64,000 nt of DNA from Bryobacteraceae bacterium (lineage in GTDB: Bacteria > Acidobacteriota > Terriglobia > Bryobacterales > Bryobacteraceae), in assembly GCA_035501355.1 (NCBI GenBank), contig DATJWJ010000263.1, positions 24,172 through 88,171 of the forward strand, given 5' to 3'. The notes under the pieces are model-generated. The model was not told the DNA's origin. It made no database searches and worked only from the letters and a program-made list of their open reading frames with translations. Positions 21,542-30,479 of this stretch are shown in pieces. The first letter of the stretch is position 1; the number at the start of each line of letters is the position of its first letter. The position numbers were made by a program, and so were the translations under genes.

Positions 21542-22081
21542 ATGGCACAATACTGCGCATTTTCAGGGAACGTTTTAGTAAACGGACAGACCGTTCTGGC
21601 GGTCATAAAGGGGATGGGTGCATTCTCTCAAACGGGTTCCGACATTCTGGCGCGTCACGGCATCGAGAAGCCGGATCCGGCGGGCTGGTATCCGCAGCAG
21701 GCCTGGCTGGATGCGTTTCAAGAAATTGCGAAAACAATCGGCCCCCGCACGTTGAATCAGATCGGCGCGAGCATTCCGGCCACCGCCAAGTTTCCCCCGG
21801 GAATCGATAGCGTAGAGAAAGCGCTGGCCTCGGTGGACGTGGCGTATCACATGAATCACCGCGGCGGAGAGATCGGGCACTTGACGTTTAAGAAAACAGG
21901 CGAGCGGCAGGGTGTCATGGAATGCCGCAATCCGTATCCCTGCGACTTCGATGCCGGCCTCATTTACGCCATGGTCCGTCGCTTCACGCCGGCCGGCTCG
22001 ACTCCTAAAGTCACGCACGATCCGTCCAAGCCTTGCCGCGCCAAGCAGGGTGACTCCTGCACGTTCCTGGTTTCCTGGTAG
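21542..22081 (+). CDS. Hypothetical cytoplasmic protein (possibly V4R/DUF2378-like ligand-binding fold)
   Basis: Start set at ATG 21542 (MAQYCAFSGN..) because the longer ORF from 21101 overlaps the MFS gene. The C-terminal KQGDSCTFLVSW resembles V4R-type ends. This is a weak call. Confidence 0.45.
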   Translation: MAQYCAFSGNVLVNGQTVLAVIKGMGAFSQTGSDILARHGIEKPDPAGWYPQQAWLDAFQEIAKTIGPRTLNQIGASIPATAKFPPGIDSVEKALASVDVAYHMNHRGGEIGHLTFKKTGERQGVMECRNPYPCDFDAGLIYAMVRRFTPAGSTPKVTHDPSKPCRAKQGDSCTFLVSW

Positions 22082-22120
22082 ACCGGCTCACCGGTAACCC
22101 AGGTGCCACGCTAGGCGGTA

Positions 22121-22149
22121 AAGACATCGTCATTACAACGTAATACTAT
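22121..22149 (+). promoter_or_regulatory. Putative tacA promoter with embedded palindrome
   Basis: AAGACA (22121-22126), a 17-nt spacer, then TACTAT (22144-22149). The palindrome ATTAC-N3-GTAAT (22132-22144) lies in the spacer. Confidence 0.3.
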
Positions 22150-22166
22150 GTTCTAGGGGCAAACCG

Positions 22167-22451
22167 ATGCGTGCTTCAGGAGACAAGACCTCTACACGGG
22201 AAGCGCTCAATATCCGCATCAAGCCACAGGTGCGAGAGCTGATTGATCGGGCCGCGGAGTTGGCCGGCAAGAATCGCACCAATTTTGTCTTAGACGCCGC
22301 CTGCCGTGCTGCAGAGAGCCTTTTGCTCGATCGCACCGTTCTGAGCGTCAGTCCCAAGGCATACCGCCAGTTCCTGAAGCGCTTGGATGCCCGTCCGCGC
22401 CCTAATAAACGGTTGATCAAGACCATACGCACACGCGCTCCTTGGGATTGA
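22167..22451 (+). CDS. tacA: DUF1778 (TacA-like RHH) antitoxin
   Basis: 94 aa with EALNIRIKPQVRELIDRAAELAGKNRTNFVLDAACRAAESLLLDR...FLKRLDARPRPNKRL, typical of DUF1778. Confidence 0.85.
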   Translation: MRASGDKTSTREALNIRIKPQVRELIDRAAELAGKNRTNFVLDAACRAAESLLLDRTVLSVSPKAYRQFLKRLDARPRPNKRLIKTIRTRAPWD

Positions 22452-22454
22452 CCG

Positions 22455-22880
22455 GTGCCCCTGTCCGCGCCGGAACCACTGTCTGATAACCATCCAGTAG
22501 ACGGCTTCGATTCGGGCGAGCTTTTCCTCGATCACTGGCTCAAACGCGGCGCCCGTGGGAATCAAGCGGAGTGGCGCTTCCAGAACTTGGGAAGGTTCCG
22601 GAGAAACATGCCGGACCCGATTCCGGTCGTAATCCTGGCACGACTAGCGGTCGATCAGACCTACCAGGGAAAGGGTGTCGGTCGAGCAATGTTTCGCGAT
22701 GCTGCCTTGCGCGTTGATCAGGCCGCCGACAGCATCGGAATTCGCGGTATCGTCGTTCACGCGATTTCCGAGGAAGCTCGGAGTTTTTATCTTGCGCTCG
22801 GTTTCGATCCTTGTCCCGCCGAAGCAATGACTCTTGTAGTCACGCTGCGGGATCTGCGGCGTGCAATTGAGACCCGCTGA
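22455..22880 (+). CDS. tacT: TacT-like GNAT toxin, internally deleted and probably decayed
   Basis: 141 aa with a GTG start. The conserved ends are APEPLSDNHPVDGFDSGELFLDHWLKRGA and RFRRNMPDPIPVVILARLAVDQTYQGKGVGRAMFRDA...GIRGIVVHAISEEARSFYLALGF. About 25 residues between them are missing; see findings. Confidence 0.7.
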   Translation: MPLSAPEPLSDNHPVDGFDSGELFLDHWLKRGARGNQAEWRFQNLGRFRRNMPDPIPVVILARLAVDQTYQGKGVGRAMFRDAALRVDQAADSIGIRGIVVHAISEEARSFYLALGFDPCPAEAMTLVVTLRDLRRAIETR

Positions 22881-22940
22881 GTCGGCGCGGAGCGTCCCAT
22901 CTGGCTGGTCCAAGCTATACTCGAAGAAGCGGGTACGCCA

Positions 22941-24203
22941 ATGCCGATGGGTCAGAGGAACACCGGTCAGCCTGGACGAAAACACAATTTGCACAAACGA
23001 ACCCAACGCACCGCCAGGACGAGAACTGATATCGTTAGCAACTCATTTAGATCCAGCGCAATCCTGACTATATCTCAAGTGATTCTTTGCGGTGGACTCC
23101 TGGCCCAGCCGCCTTCTACCCACCTCGCCACCCCCGGCGATACCGCCCCGGCGCAACGCTTCCAAACCTTCAGCGTCATGGACGACCCACGCCACGTCGG
23201 GGGCGAGGCCTACCGCATCCTGGTGCCGGCGGGCTGGCGAATCGAGGGCAGCGTGATGTGGAAAAACGGCGCGTCCGATCCCGCCGCCCCCTGGGTCAGG
23301 CTCATCGGTCCGGCCCGCCAGGAAATCGGCATTCTCCCGCCAACCACCTTCGTTTGGAATCCGCAATTCGGCCCGCGCTACCACCCCGGTTCTTTTATTA
23401 ACGGCGCCGAGGTCCAGCCGCTGCTCGACCCGGTGCAGTGCATCAAGACCATCATCATTCCGCGCTACCTCCGCAATCTCGATAACGCCGACCTGGTCAG
23501 CCAACAGCCGCTGCCTGAACTCGCCCAGGCCGGCCGCCTAAAATATCCTCAGCCCGCCTACCAAAACGCGGCATTCCAAGCCGGCAAGATGCGCTTCGAA
23601 TATGTTGAGAACGGGGTGACAATGCAAGAAGACGTTTACGTGCTGACGGCCGCCGTCCAGATCCGCTCCGGGCAGACCGCCACTACGCTCTGGGAACCCG
23701 ATGAGATCCGCTACTCCAAGGCGCCCAAAGGCACGCTAGACGCTCAGCTTCCCTTGTTTGAGACTGCGATGTTCTCCCTGCGCCCGAATCTGCCGTGGTG
23801 GGCCCGGGTCCAGGAGGTTTCTGAGGAACTCGCGCGGCTGCAAGCGCAGATGGGTAACTCCGCCGCCTCGCGGGCGGTCCAGCAGCAGGCTAACGCGGCC
23901 GACCGCATCTACACCGAGAGAAAGCTCGCCCAGGGCGGCAAGCCCATCAGCGACGCGCTCATCCAGCGGTACCGGAACCATCAAGCCGTCATGGACCGCA
24001 TCAACCAGACCTGGGACGGCGCCATTCGACAGGTCGAGATCTATCGCAATCCAACCAGCGGCGAAAACAGCGAGCTGCCCTCCGGATACAGCGCCGCGTG
24101 GGTGAACAAGAACGGCGATTACATGGTCAGCGGGAGCGCGAACTACGACCCGAACTCAGCGTCCAACGGCGGGTGGACGCGGCTGGAAAAAGTCAGCCAA
24201 TAA
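22941..24203 (+). CDS. Hypothetical secreted protein
   Basis: 420 aa with a hydrophobic segment ILTISQVILCGGLLAQ after a long basic N-terminus. The start is uncertain and no family was recognised. Confidence 0.5.
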   Translation: MPMGQRNTGQPGRKHNLHKRTQRTARTRTDIVSNSFRSSAILTISQVILCGGLLAQPPSTHLATPGDTAPAQRFQTFSVMDDPRHVGGEAYRILVPAGWRIEGSVMWKNGASDPAAPWVRLIGPARQEIGILPPTTFVWNPQFGPRYHPGSFINGAEVQPLLDPVQCIKTIIIPRYLRNLDNADLVSQQPLPELAQAGRLKYPQPAYQNAAFQAGKMRFEYVENGVTMQEDVYVLTAAVQIRSGQTATTLWEPDEIRYSKAPKGTLDAQLPLFETAMFSLRPNLPWWARVQEVSEELARLQAQMGNSAASRAVQQQANAADRIYTERKLAQGGKPISDALIQRYRNHQAVMDRINQTWDGAIRQVEIYRNPTSGENSELPSGYSAAWVNKNGDYMVSGSANYDPNSASNGGWTRLEKVSQ

Positions 24204-24263
24204 GCACGGCGAGATCGGATATCCTGAAAAGAGCAAATTAGCCACCAGTTTGGGGAGGTCCTT

Positions 24264-24779
24264 TTGAAACTTATCGCTTCGATCACTCTTGCCGCGCTCG
24301 CCTGCGCCGCGCTTTTGCTGGCCGAGACGCTCAACGTCAAACCCGGCCAGTGGGAGGCTACCGTCACATCGCAAGTCACGGGGTTGCCGCCTATTCCTCC
24401 GGAAGTGCTGGACAAGTTGACGCCCCAGCAGCGCCAAATGATGGAGCAGCGCATGAAAGGCAATCAAACTCCGCGCACCACCACCACCAAATCCTGCATC
24501 ACGAAAGAACAAATCGAAAAGGGATTCGATGTCGGCGATGACGACAAGTCCTGCACGCGCACGGTGGTGTCCTCCACCTCGAGCAAGCAGGAAATCAAGA
24601 TCGAGTGCAGTCGTGACAACAACAAATCCAGTGGAACCATCCGCATCGAGGCCTCCAGCCCGGAGAGCGTCAAGGGCTCCATGCAAATGAGTATGACTGG
24701 GGGCGGCCGAAGCATGAACCTGAACTCCACGTTCACGTCCAAATACCTCGGCCCGACCTGCGAGAAGGACTCGAAGTAG
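24264..24779 (+). CDS. DUF3617-like exported/lipoprotein
   Basis: 171 aa with a TTG start preceded by GGGGAGG. It has a signal peptide and the DUF3617-like KPGQWEAT..KSCITKEQ..KSCTRT..IECS..YLGPTC cysteine pattern. Confidence 0.65.
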   Translation: MKLIASITLAALACAALLLAETLNVKPGQWEATVTSQVTGLPPIPPEVLDKLTPQQRQMMEQRMKGNQTPRTTTTKSCITKEQIEKGFDVGDDDKSCTRTVVSSTSSKQEIKIECSRDNNKSSGTIRIEASSPESVKGSMQMSMTGGGRSMNLNSTFTSKYLGPTCEKDSK

Positions 24780-24780
24780 C

Positions 24781-26514
24781 CTAGCGCGTCGAATCGGTCG
24801 GCCGCACCGGAATCGGCTCCGGTACCGCCGCCCCGTCCGCCCTCGGATCGGACGCCGCGAAGTTAGTCCCGGTTTTCGAGTCATGCAGGATGGCCTGGCC
24901 GCGTCCGAACGCTTCCACGTACTCGCGCGTGATCCGGATGATGTGCCCGCGCTCGGATAACTGCTGCAAGGTCTGTTCCGGCACTCGGGATTCGATCGAC
25001 ACTTCGCATCCGGCCGCGCCGCCCTTGGCAAACCGCGGCGATTCCAGCGCTTCCTGGATGTTCATCCCGTAATCGACCAGGTTCGAAACAAATTGCGCGT
25101 GAGCCAGCGGCTGCACCGCGCCGCCCATGATGCCGAAGCCGATATGCTGATCGCCTTTTTCCATGAACGCCGGAATGATGGTGTGGAACGGGCGTTTCCC
25201 TCCGGCAAGAATGTTGGGATGATTCGGCTCCAGCGTGAATCCGCCGCCGCGGTTCTGTAACTGGAAGCCCATGCCTTCCACCGTGACCTTGGAACCGAAG
25301 GAGCTGTAAATACTCTGAATCCAGCTGGCGATGTTGCCGTCCTTATCCACGATGGTCAGATAAGTCGTGTTGCTGCCGATCGGATCGCCGTTCTCCACTT
25401 TGCAGTTGGCCCGGTTGGGATCGATCAGCGCGGCCCGCTTGCGCGCATACTCCTTCGAGAGAAGCTGCGCCGTCGGAACATCGTAGGTGCGCGGGTCGGC
25501 ATCGTAGCGATGCACGTCGGAATAAGCCAGCTTCATGGCTTCAATCCGCTTGTGCATCTCCATTGGGCTGAAAGGCCCCAGCTCCGTTGGGGGCTTGGTC
25601 TCCATGATGTTGAGCATCTCCAGCGCCGCCATGCCTTGCCCGTTCGGCGGCAGCTCGTAAACGCGCCAGCCTCGATAATCGATCGACAGCGGCTGCACCC
25701 ACTCGGGCGAAAATGCCGCCAGGTCCTCGGCCGTCATGGTGCCGCCCAGGTGCTGCGACGTTTTGAGAATGGCCTTGGCGATATCGCCCTTGTAAAACGC
25801 GTCCGGTCCCTGGTCGGCGATAAGCCGCAGCGCGTGACCGAGGTCGGGATCGCGAAATATCTGACCCGTCTTGGGCGCCTGGCCGCCCGGCAGAAACACG
25901 CGCGTCGATTCGGCGTTGTTCTTGAGACCCCGGATTACCCCGCCGCTGTCCCAGATCTCCGCGATGCCTTCGTGCACCGGGTAACCTTGCTCGGCGAAAT
26001 AGATGGCGGGCTGGAACAGCTCGCTCCAGGGCAGCTTGCCGAAGCGTTTATGAATCTCGTACCAGCCGCGCACCGCGCCCGGCACAGTCACGCTGTTAAT
26101 GCCTTCCTGCGGCATGCGCGTGATGCCCTGCTTGGCGAGAAACTCCGGGGTGAGTGCCTTCGGCGCGGGTCCGGACGAGTTCAGGCCGGTGATCTTGCCG
26201 GTCTTGGCGTCCCAATACATGACCCACAGGTCACCGCCGATGCTGGTCATCAGCGGTTCGGTCACGGTCAACACCAGATTGGCCGCGATGGCGGCATCCA
26301 CGGCTGTTCCACCGCGCGCCAGCATCTGCGCGCCCACCTGGGAAGCCAGCACCTGGCTGGTGGCCGCGATGCCTCCCTGGTTAATCACCATCGATCGGCC
26401 ATAATTTCGGCCTGCCCCCAAAGTCTGAGGTTGTGGTCCGTTTCCCTCTTGACCCTGCAGCGCGAGAAGCGTGAACAGAGCCAACGTAGCAGCGCGTAAT
26501 CCGGTATTGACCAT
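24781..26514 (-). CDS. ggt: Gamma-glutamyltransferase
   Basis: GGT family with the nucleophile region GSNTTYLTIVDKDGNIASWIQSIYSSFGS and FHTIIPAF. Signal peptide present. Start set at ATG 26514 (MVNTGLRAATLALFTLLALQG) rather than TTG 26529. Confidence 0.9.
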   Translation of the reverse strand: MVNTGLRAATLALFTLLALQGQEGNGPQPQTLGAGRNYGRSMVINQGGIAATSQVLASQVGAQMLARGGTAVDAAIAANLVLTVTEPLMTSIGGDLWVMYWDAKTGKITGLNSSGPAPKALTPEFLAKQGITRMPQEGINSVTVPGAVRGWYEIHKRFGKLPWSELFQPAIYFAEQGYPVHEGIAEIWDSGGVIRGLKNNAESTRVFLPGGQAPKTGQIFRDPDLGHALRLIADQGPDAFYKGDIAKAILKTSQHLGGTMTAEDLAAFSPEWVQPLSIDYRGWRVYELPPNGQGMAALEMLNIMETKPPTELGPFSPMEMHKRIEAMKLAYSDVHRYDADPRTYDVPTAQLLSKEYARKRAALIDPNRANCKVENGDPIGSNTTYLTIVDKDGNIASWIQSIYSSFGSKVTVEGMGFQLQNRGGGFTLEPNHPNILAGGKRPFHTIIPAFMEKGDQHIGFGIMGGAVQPLAHAQFVSNLVDYGMNIQEALESPRFAKGGAAGCEVSIESRVPEQTLQQLSERGHIIRITREYVEAFGRGQAILHDSKTGTNFAASDPRADGAAVPEPIPVRPTDSTR

Positions 26515-26547
26515 GGGTTCAGTATACAATTGCGGTACACTGTCGGC

Positions 26548-27426
26548 ATGATGCGGGTTTTGGCTCTCCTGGCGGCGCTTCCGATACTCGCCTCCGCTCA
26601 GAAATTATTCCCCCCGCTGCGCATCGTCGGCAATCTCTATTACGTCGGCGACGACGACCTGTCCAGCTACCTGATCGTCACGCCGCAGGGCGACATTCTG
26701 ATTAACACCGGCTACGAGTGGTCGGTGCCGGATATCCGCTCGCGCGTTGCCACCCTGGGGTTCAAGATCTCAGACATCAAGATTCTGCTGGTAACGCACG
26801 CGCACAGCGATCACGCCGCGGGCGAAGCCGAAATGAAGCGCATTACCGGCGCCAAAATGGTTGCGATGCAGGAGGAAGTGGAGCTGCTCGAGACCGGCGG
26901 CAAGACCGACTTCCTGTTCGGAAATTCCAACTGGTTCCCGCCGGTCAAAGTGGACCGCGCGCTTAAGGACGGCGAAAAAGTCGAGCTGGGCGGCACGGTC
27001 CTCACTGCGTACCTGCATCCCGGCCACACCAAGGGCAGCACCAGCTACGCCCTGGACGTCGCCGACGGCGGGAAAACGTATCACGTTCTGATCGCGAACC
27101 TGGGCAATATCAACGATGGCACGGTGCTGCTCCACAATCCCAAATATCCCAACATCGTCCAGGATTTCGCGCGCACTTTCGAGTCCCAGGAGCAACTGCA
27201 CTGCGACATCTTCCTGAGTTCGCACGCCGGCCAATTTGGATTACTGCGCAAATGGCGCCCGGGCGATCCGTACGATCCGAACCGATTCGTCGATCCCGAC
27301 GCCTTTCCGCGCGCCGTGGCGCGAAGCGAGGCAAAGTTCCTCCAACAATTGCAGGAAGAGCGCGAGGAAGAACAAGCCTGGAAGGACCACCTGAAGTTCA
27401 AGGACACGATCCCGCAGCAGTTCTAG
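26548..27426 (+). CDS. Exported subclass-B3-like metallo-beta-lactamase fold protein
   Basis: Signal peptide MMRVLALLAALPILASA. Motifs are HxHxDH (THAHSDHAAG), PGHTKGS and SSHAG. The N-terminal LRIVGNLYYVG is typical of B3 enzymes. Confidence 0.8.
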   Translation: MMRVLALLAALPILASAQKLFPPLRIVGNLYYVGDDDLSSYLIVTPQGDILINTGYEWSVPDIRSRVATLGFKISDIKILLVTHAHSDHAAGEAEMKRITGAKMVAMQEEVELLETGGKTDFLFGNSNWFPPVKVDRALKDGEKVELGGTVLTAYLHPGHTKGSTSYALDVADGGKTYHVLIANLGNINDGTVLLHNPKYPNIVQDFARTFESQEQLHCDIFLSSHAGQFGLLRKWRPGDPYDPNRFVDPDAFPRAVARSEAKFLQQLQEEREEEQAWKDHLKFKDTIPQQF

Positions 27427-28386
27427 CTACGTCGAACCGAGGTACTTCTTCACGTCCGGATAAAGCAGCTCATGCACGTCAGGCCGGTCGAGATCGGCTT
27501 TGTGAACCACTCGCGCGGGCAGATCGATTTGCTTGGGCGGCGTCACGCCGTGTAGTTTGTCGACCAGCGTCTTCACCGCCTGGAAGCCCATTTGGAACGG
27601 ATCTTGGACCACCAGCGCGCTGATGGTCCCGGCTTTGAGATCGGCGATCAGGTCGTCACTTGCATCGAACCCCACCAGCTTCACGTTGCCTGCCAGGCCG
27701 CGCGATTTGAGCGCCAGCGCCGCACCCGCGCTGCTTGGTTCCGACGTTGCAAAGATCCCGGCCAGATCGGGGTGCGCGGTGAGGATGTTCTCGGCGGCCT
27801 CCATTCCCTTCGCGCGAGCCGACATGGAGAATTGGCGCGCGACAATCTGGATGTTCGGGAACTCCGCCTTCATGACATCTTCGAAAGCGCGTTCTCGATC
27901 CATGGTGGAAGCGCTGCCCGGCGCGTTCATGACCATCCCGACCTTGCCTTTGCCTCCCACCAGCGCGCCTAGCTCGCGCGCTCCCAACTGCCCGGCCTGA
28001 TAATTGTTGGTGGCGACGAACGTCATGTAGTTGCTGGAATCGACGCCCGAGTCGAATACCGTGACGGGAATGCCGAGCTGTGCGGCACGGTCGAGCGACC
28101 GGTTCAGAGCCTTCCGCTCGGCGGCCGCCACAGCTAGTCCATCGACGTGCTGGGCGATCATCGAGTCGACAATCTGCATCTGGCGGTCGTACTCGGTTTC
28201 GAGCGCGGGCCCATTCCACAGGATCTCAACGCCGAACTTCTGCCCGGCCGCGGCCGCGCCCGCGTGCACCGAGATCCAAAACTCGTGCGAGTTGGCCTTG
28301 GGGATCACCGCGATTCGCTTGGCCGCGTTGCGATTGCAGGCGGCCAATAAAAGCAGGGCCGCTAGCAGCGCCGGCTTACTGCGCAC
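27427..28386 (-). CDS. Periplasmic sugar-binding lipoprotein (RbsB/Peripla_BP_4-like ABC substrate-binding protein)
   Basis: Start set at GTG 28386, giving lipoprotein signal RSKPALLAALLLLAAC. The longer ORF to 28521 would overlap the upstream SDR gene by 146 nt. The PBP type I pattern is RIAVIPKANSHEFW..VDGLAVAA..IPVTVFDSG..VGFD. Confidence 0.8.
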   Translation of the reverse strand: MRSKPALLAALLLLAACNRNAAKRIAVIPKANSHEFWISVHAGAAAAGQKFGVEILWNGPALETEYDRQMQIVDSMIAQHVDGLAVAAAERKALNRSLDRAAQLGIPVTVFDSGVDSSNYMTFVATNNYQAGQLGARELGALVGGKGKVGMVMNAPGSASTMDRERAFEDVMKAEFPNIQIVARQFSMSARAKGMEAAENILTAHPDLAGIFATSEPSSAGAALALKSRGLAGNVKLVGFDASDDLIADLKAGTISALVVQDPFQMGFQAVKTLVDKLHGVTPPKQIDLPARVVHKADLDRPDVHELLYPDVKKYLGST

Positions 28387-29125
28387 ACCAGCCGCCGTCG
28401 ACCAGAATGTCGGTACCGGTGATGAACGACGCTTCGTCCGAGCATAAGTACAGAGCGAGCTTCCCGATTTCTTCCGGCTGCCCCCAGCGGCCGATCGGAA
28501 CGCTCGAGCTGAAGTGTGCATTGGCGGCGGGATCGGCGGCCAGCGGCGCGGTCATCTCGGTCAGGAACGGCCCCGGGCTGATGGCGACGACTGTGATCTT
28601 GTCGGAGGCAAGCTCCAATGCCAATGCGCGTGTGAATCCCAGCAGGCCGGCCTTGCTGGCCGAATACGCGGTGCGCTGCGGAAGCGAGATGTGGCCCATG
28701 ATGGAGCTGATGTTGATGACGCGCCCGTAGCCGCGGCCCTTCATCTGCGGCACGAAGGACCGGCACATCAGGAAGGCGCTGGTGAGGTTGGTGTTGAGGA
28801 CCAGGTTCCAGTCGGCCAGCGTGAAATCGACGCACAGGCTGCGCACCACCGTTCCGGCATTGTTGATGAGGATGTCCACCGGCCCGAGCTTGGCCGGAAC
28901 GTCGCGCGCCAGTTCGAGGACCTGGGCCTCATCGCTGACATCGGCGCGAAACACTTCCGCCTGCGCGCCCAACTTGCGAGCTTCCCCGGCCACAGCCGAG
29001 AGCTGCACGGCGTCGCGCGAAACCAGCGCCAGCCGCGCGCCCGCCTCCCCCAGCGCCAATGCCATAGCTTTCCCGAGCCCGCGGCTTGCGCCGGTGATAA
29101 GGGCCACACGTCCATTGAGTGTCAT
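28376..29125 (-). CDS. SDR-family oxidoreductase (FabG/gluconate-5-dehydrogenase-like)
   Basis: 249 aa with TGASRGLGKAMALAL, NNAG, and YSASKAGL (YxxxK). Confidence 0.9.
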   Translation of the reverse strand: MTLNGRVALITGASRGLGKAMALALGEAGARLALVSRDAVQLSAVAGEARKLGAQAEVFRADVSDEAQVLELARDVPAKLGPVDILINNAGTVVRSLCVDFTLADWNLVLNTNLTSAFLMCRSFVPQMKGRGYGRVINISSIMGHISLPQRTAYSASKAGLLGFTRALALELASDKITVVAISPGPFLTEMTAPLAADPAANAHFSSSVPIGRWGQPEEIGKLALYLCSDEASFITGTDILVDGGWCAQ

Positions 29126-29176
29126 AAGCGCTCATTGTACCGAGCGACGATGTGCTTGTAGGTGGAATTGATACGT

Positions 29177-29395
29177 CTAGGCGGCTGAGTCGATTTCCAC
29201 CACACCTGCGAAACTCGCAGGCTGGGGTATCGCGAGCCCTTCTTCGCGCATACCCTCGAGATGAAACTGGATGGCTTGCAGGATCAGGCGCTCCACTTCT
29301 TCTCGGGAGTCTCCGACGCTTATCACACCAGGAAGGTCGGGGACGTATGCCCCCCACGACGTCGGGCCTTTCTCATAAATGACCGTGTACGTCAT
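29177..29395 (-). CDS. hicB: HicB-family antitoxin
   Basis: 72 aa with YTVIYEKGPTSWGAYVPDLPGVISVGDSREEVERLILQAIQFHLEGMREEG. Confidence 0.85.
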   Translation of the reverse strand: MTYTVIYEKGPTSWGAYVPDLPGVISVGDSREEVERLILQAIQFHLEGMREEGLAIPQPASFAGVVEIDSAA

Positions 29396-29604
29396 CGATC
29401 CTCACCTGGTAACGCTAGTCCGGTGCTTCGAAGGATAGCTTTTAGTGTCCCCAACGGAACGTCCTTACCCAGTTTACCTGATACAGTCACCACCATCCCT
29501 TTGTCAGGATGGCGGAATTGACGATGGCCGCCCTTGGTTCTCCTCAGCCGCCAGCCGTTCGATTCCAAGAGCCTGATCAGGTCTCGGACCTTCACGCTTT
29601 TCAT
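29392..29604 (-). CDS. hicA: HicA-family mRNA interferase toxin
   Basis: Start set at ATG 29604 (MKSVKVRDLIRLLESNGWRLRRTKGGHRQFRHP...VSGKLGKDVPLGTLKAILRSTGL). The stop overlaps the hicB start (ATGA). Confidence 0.85.
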   Translation of the reverse strand: MKSVKVRDLIRLLESNGWRLRRTKGGHRQFRHPDKGMVVTVSGKLGKDVPLGTLKAILRSTGLALPGEDR

Positions 29605-29761
29605 AGTAAACCGGCGAGAGGCTCGACCCGAGCGGCGCGCACGGCAGTACGGTAAACTGGTGATGCGTTGTCTCGCCTCTGCGTCGATCGCCGCACGACG
29701 CTTTCTCCGCTGCATGCGATCGGAACCCGTACGCTATTTGTCGCCGCCCGCGGCTGTCTCG

Positions 29762-30478
29762 ATGGACGACCGCTGGTACGAGATTGCCAATCTCGATCAT
29801 CCCTGGATCACGCGCCGCTTCGAGGTGCTGCGCCACCTGGCCGGCGACCTGATCGCGCAGTCCACCGCCATCGCCGAAATCGGATGCGGGCATGGTCTGC
29901 TGCAGCGTCAACTCGAGGATGCCTACGACGCCGAAGTCGCCGGATTCGACCTGAATGAAACCGCTCTGAAGCAGACCGTTTGCCGCTTCAGTCCGGTCTG
30001 CTGCTACGACGTGCTCGAGCAGAGCCCGGAGTATGAGGCGCGCTTCGATCTGATCCTGCTGGCTGACGTTCTGGAACACATCGCGGACGAGGACGCATTC
30101 CTCGAAGCGGTAAAGTTTCACCTGGCTCCCGGAGGCAGCGTGCTGGTAAACGTGCCGGCGCTGCAGTCTTTATACTCGGGTTACGATCGCGCGGTTGGAC
30201 ACTTGCGCCGCTACCGGATTGGCTCGCTCGCGGCGCTGGCGCAGCGCCATGAATTGACACTGGCGCGATACACCTACTGGGGGCTGCCGTTGCTGCCGCT
30301 GCTGGTCTTGCGAAAACTGTGGATGCTCCGTCGACCGGGCGCGGGCGCTATTGCCGCGGGTTTCGAGACGGGTGGGCGCATCCGCGATCTGGCGCTGCTG
30401 TGGCTGTCGCGATGCGAGCCGATCCCGCAACGGTTCATCGGCACGTCGCTGATGGCCGTCTTGCATAGCCCGGGTTGA
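29762..30478 (+). CDS. Class I SAM-dependent methyltransferase (first gene of glycan operon)
   Basis: Motif I IAEIGCGHGLLQRQL, GFDLN, and LILLADVLEHI. Start chosen at ATG 29762 (MDDRWYEI); ATG 29664 is also possible. Confidence 0.75.
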   Translation: MDDRWYEIANLDHPWITRRFEVLRHLAGDLIAQSTAIAEIGCGHGLLQRQLEDAYDAEVAGFDLNETALKQTVCRFSPVCCYDVLEQSPEYEARFDLILLADVLEHIADEDAFLEAVKFHLAPGGSVLVNVPALQSLYSGYDRAVGHLRRYRIGSLAALAQRHELTLARYTYWGLPLLPLLVLRKLWMLRRPGAGAIAAGFETGGRIRDLALLWLSRCEPIPQRFIGTSLMAVLHSPG

Positions 30479-30479
30479 A

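Noticed and set aside
24156-25031. 291-aa minus-strand ORF overlapping the DUF3617-like gene and the ggt 3' end
   Set aside because: It is Arg/Gly/Pro-rich with no motifs, and it conflicts with two well-supported genes.
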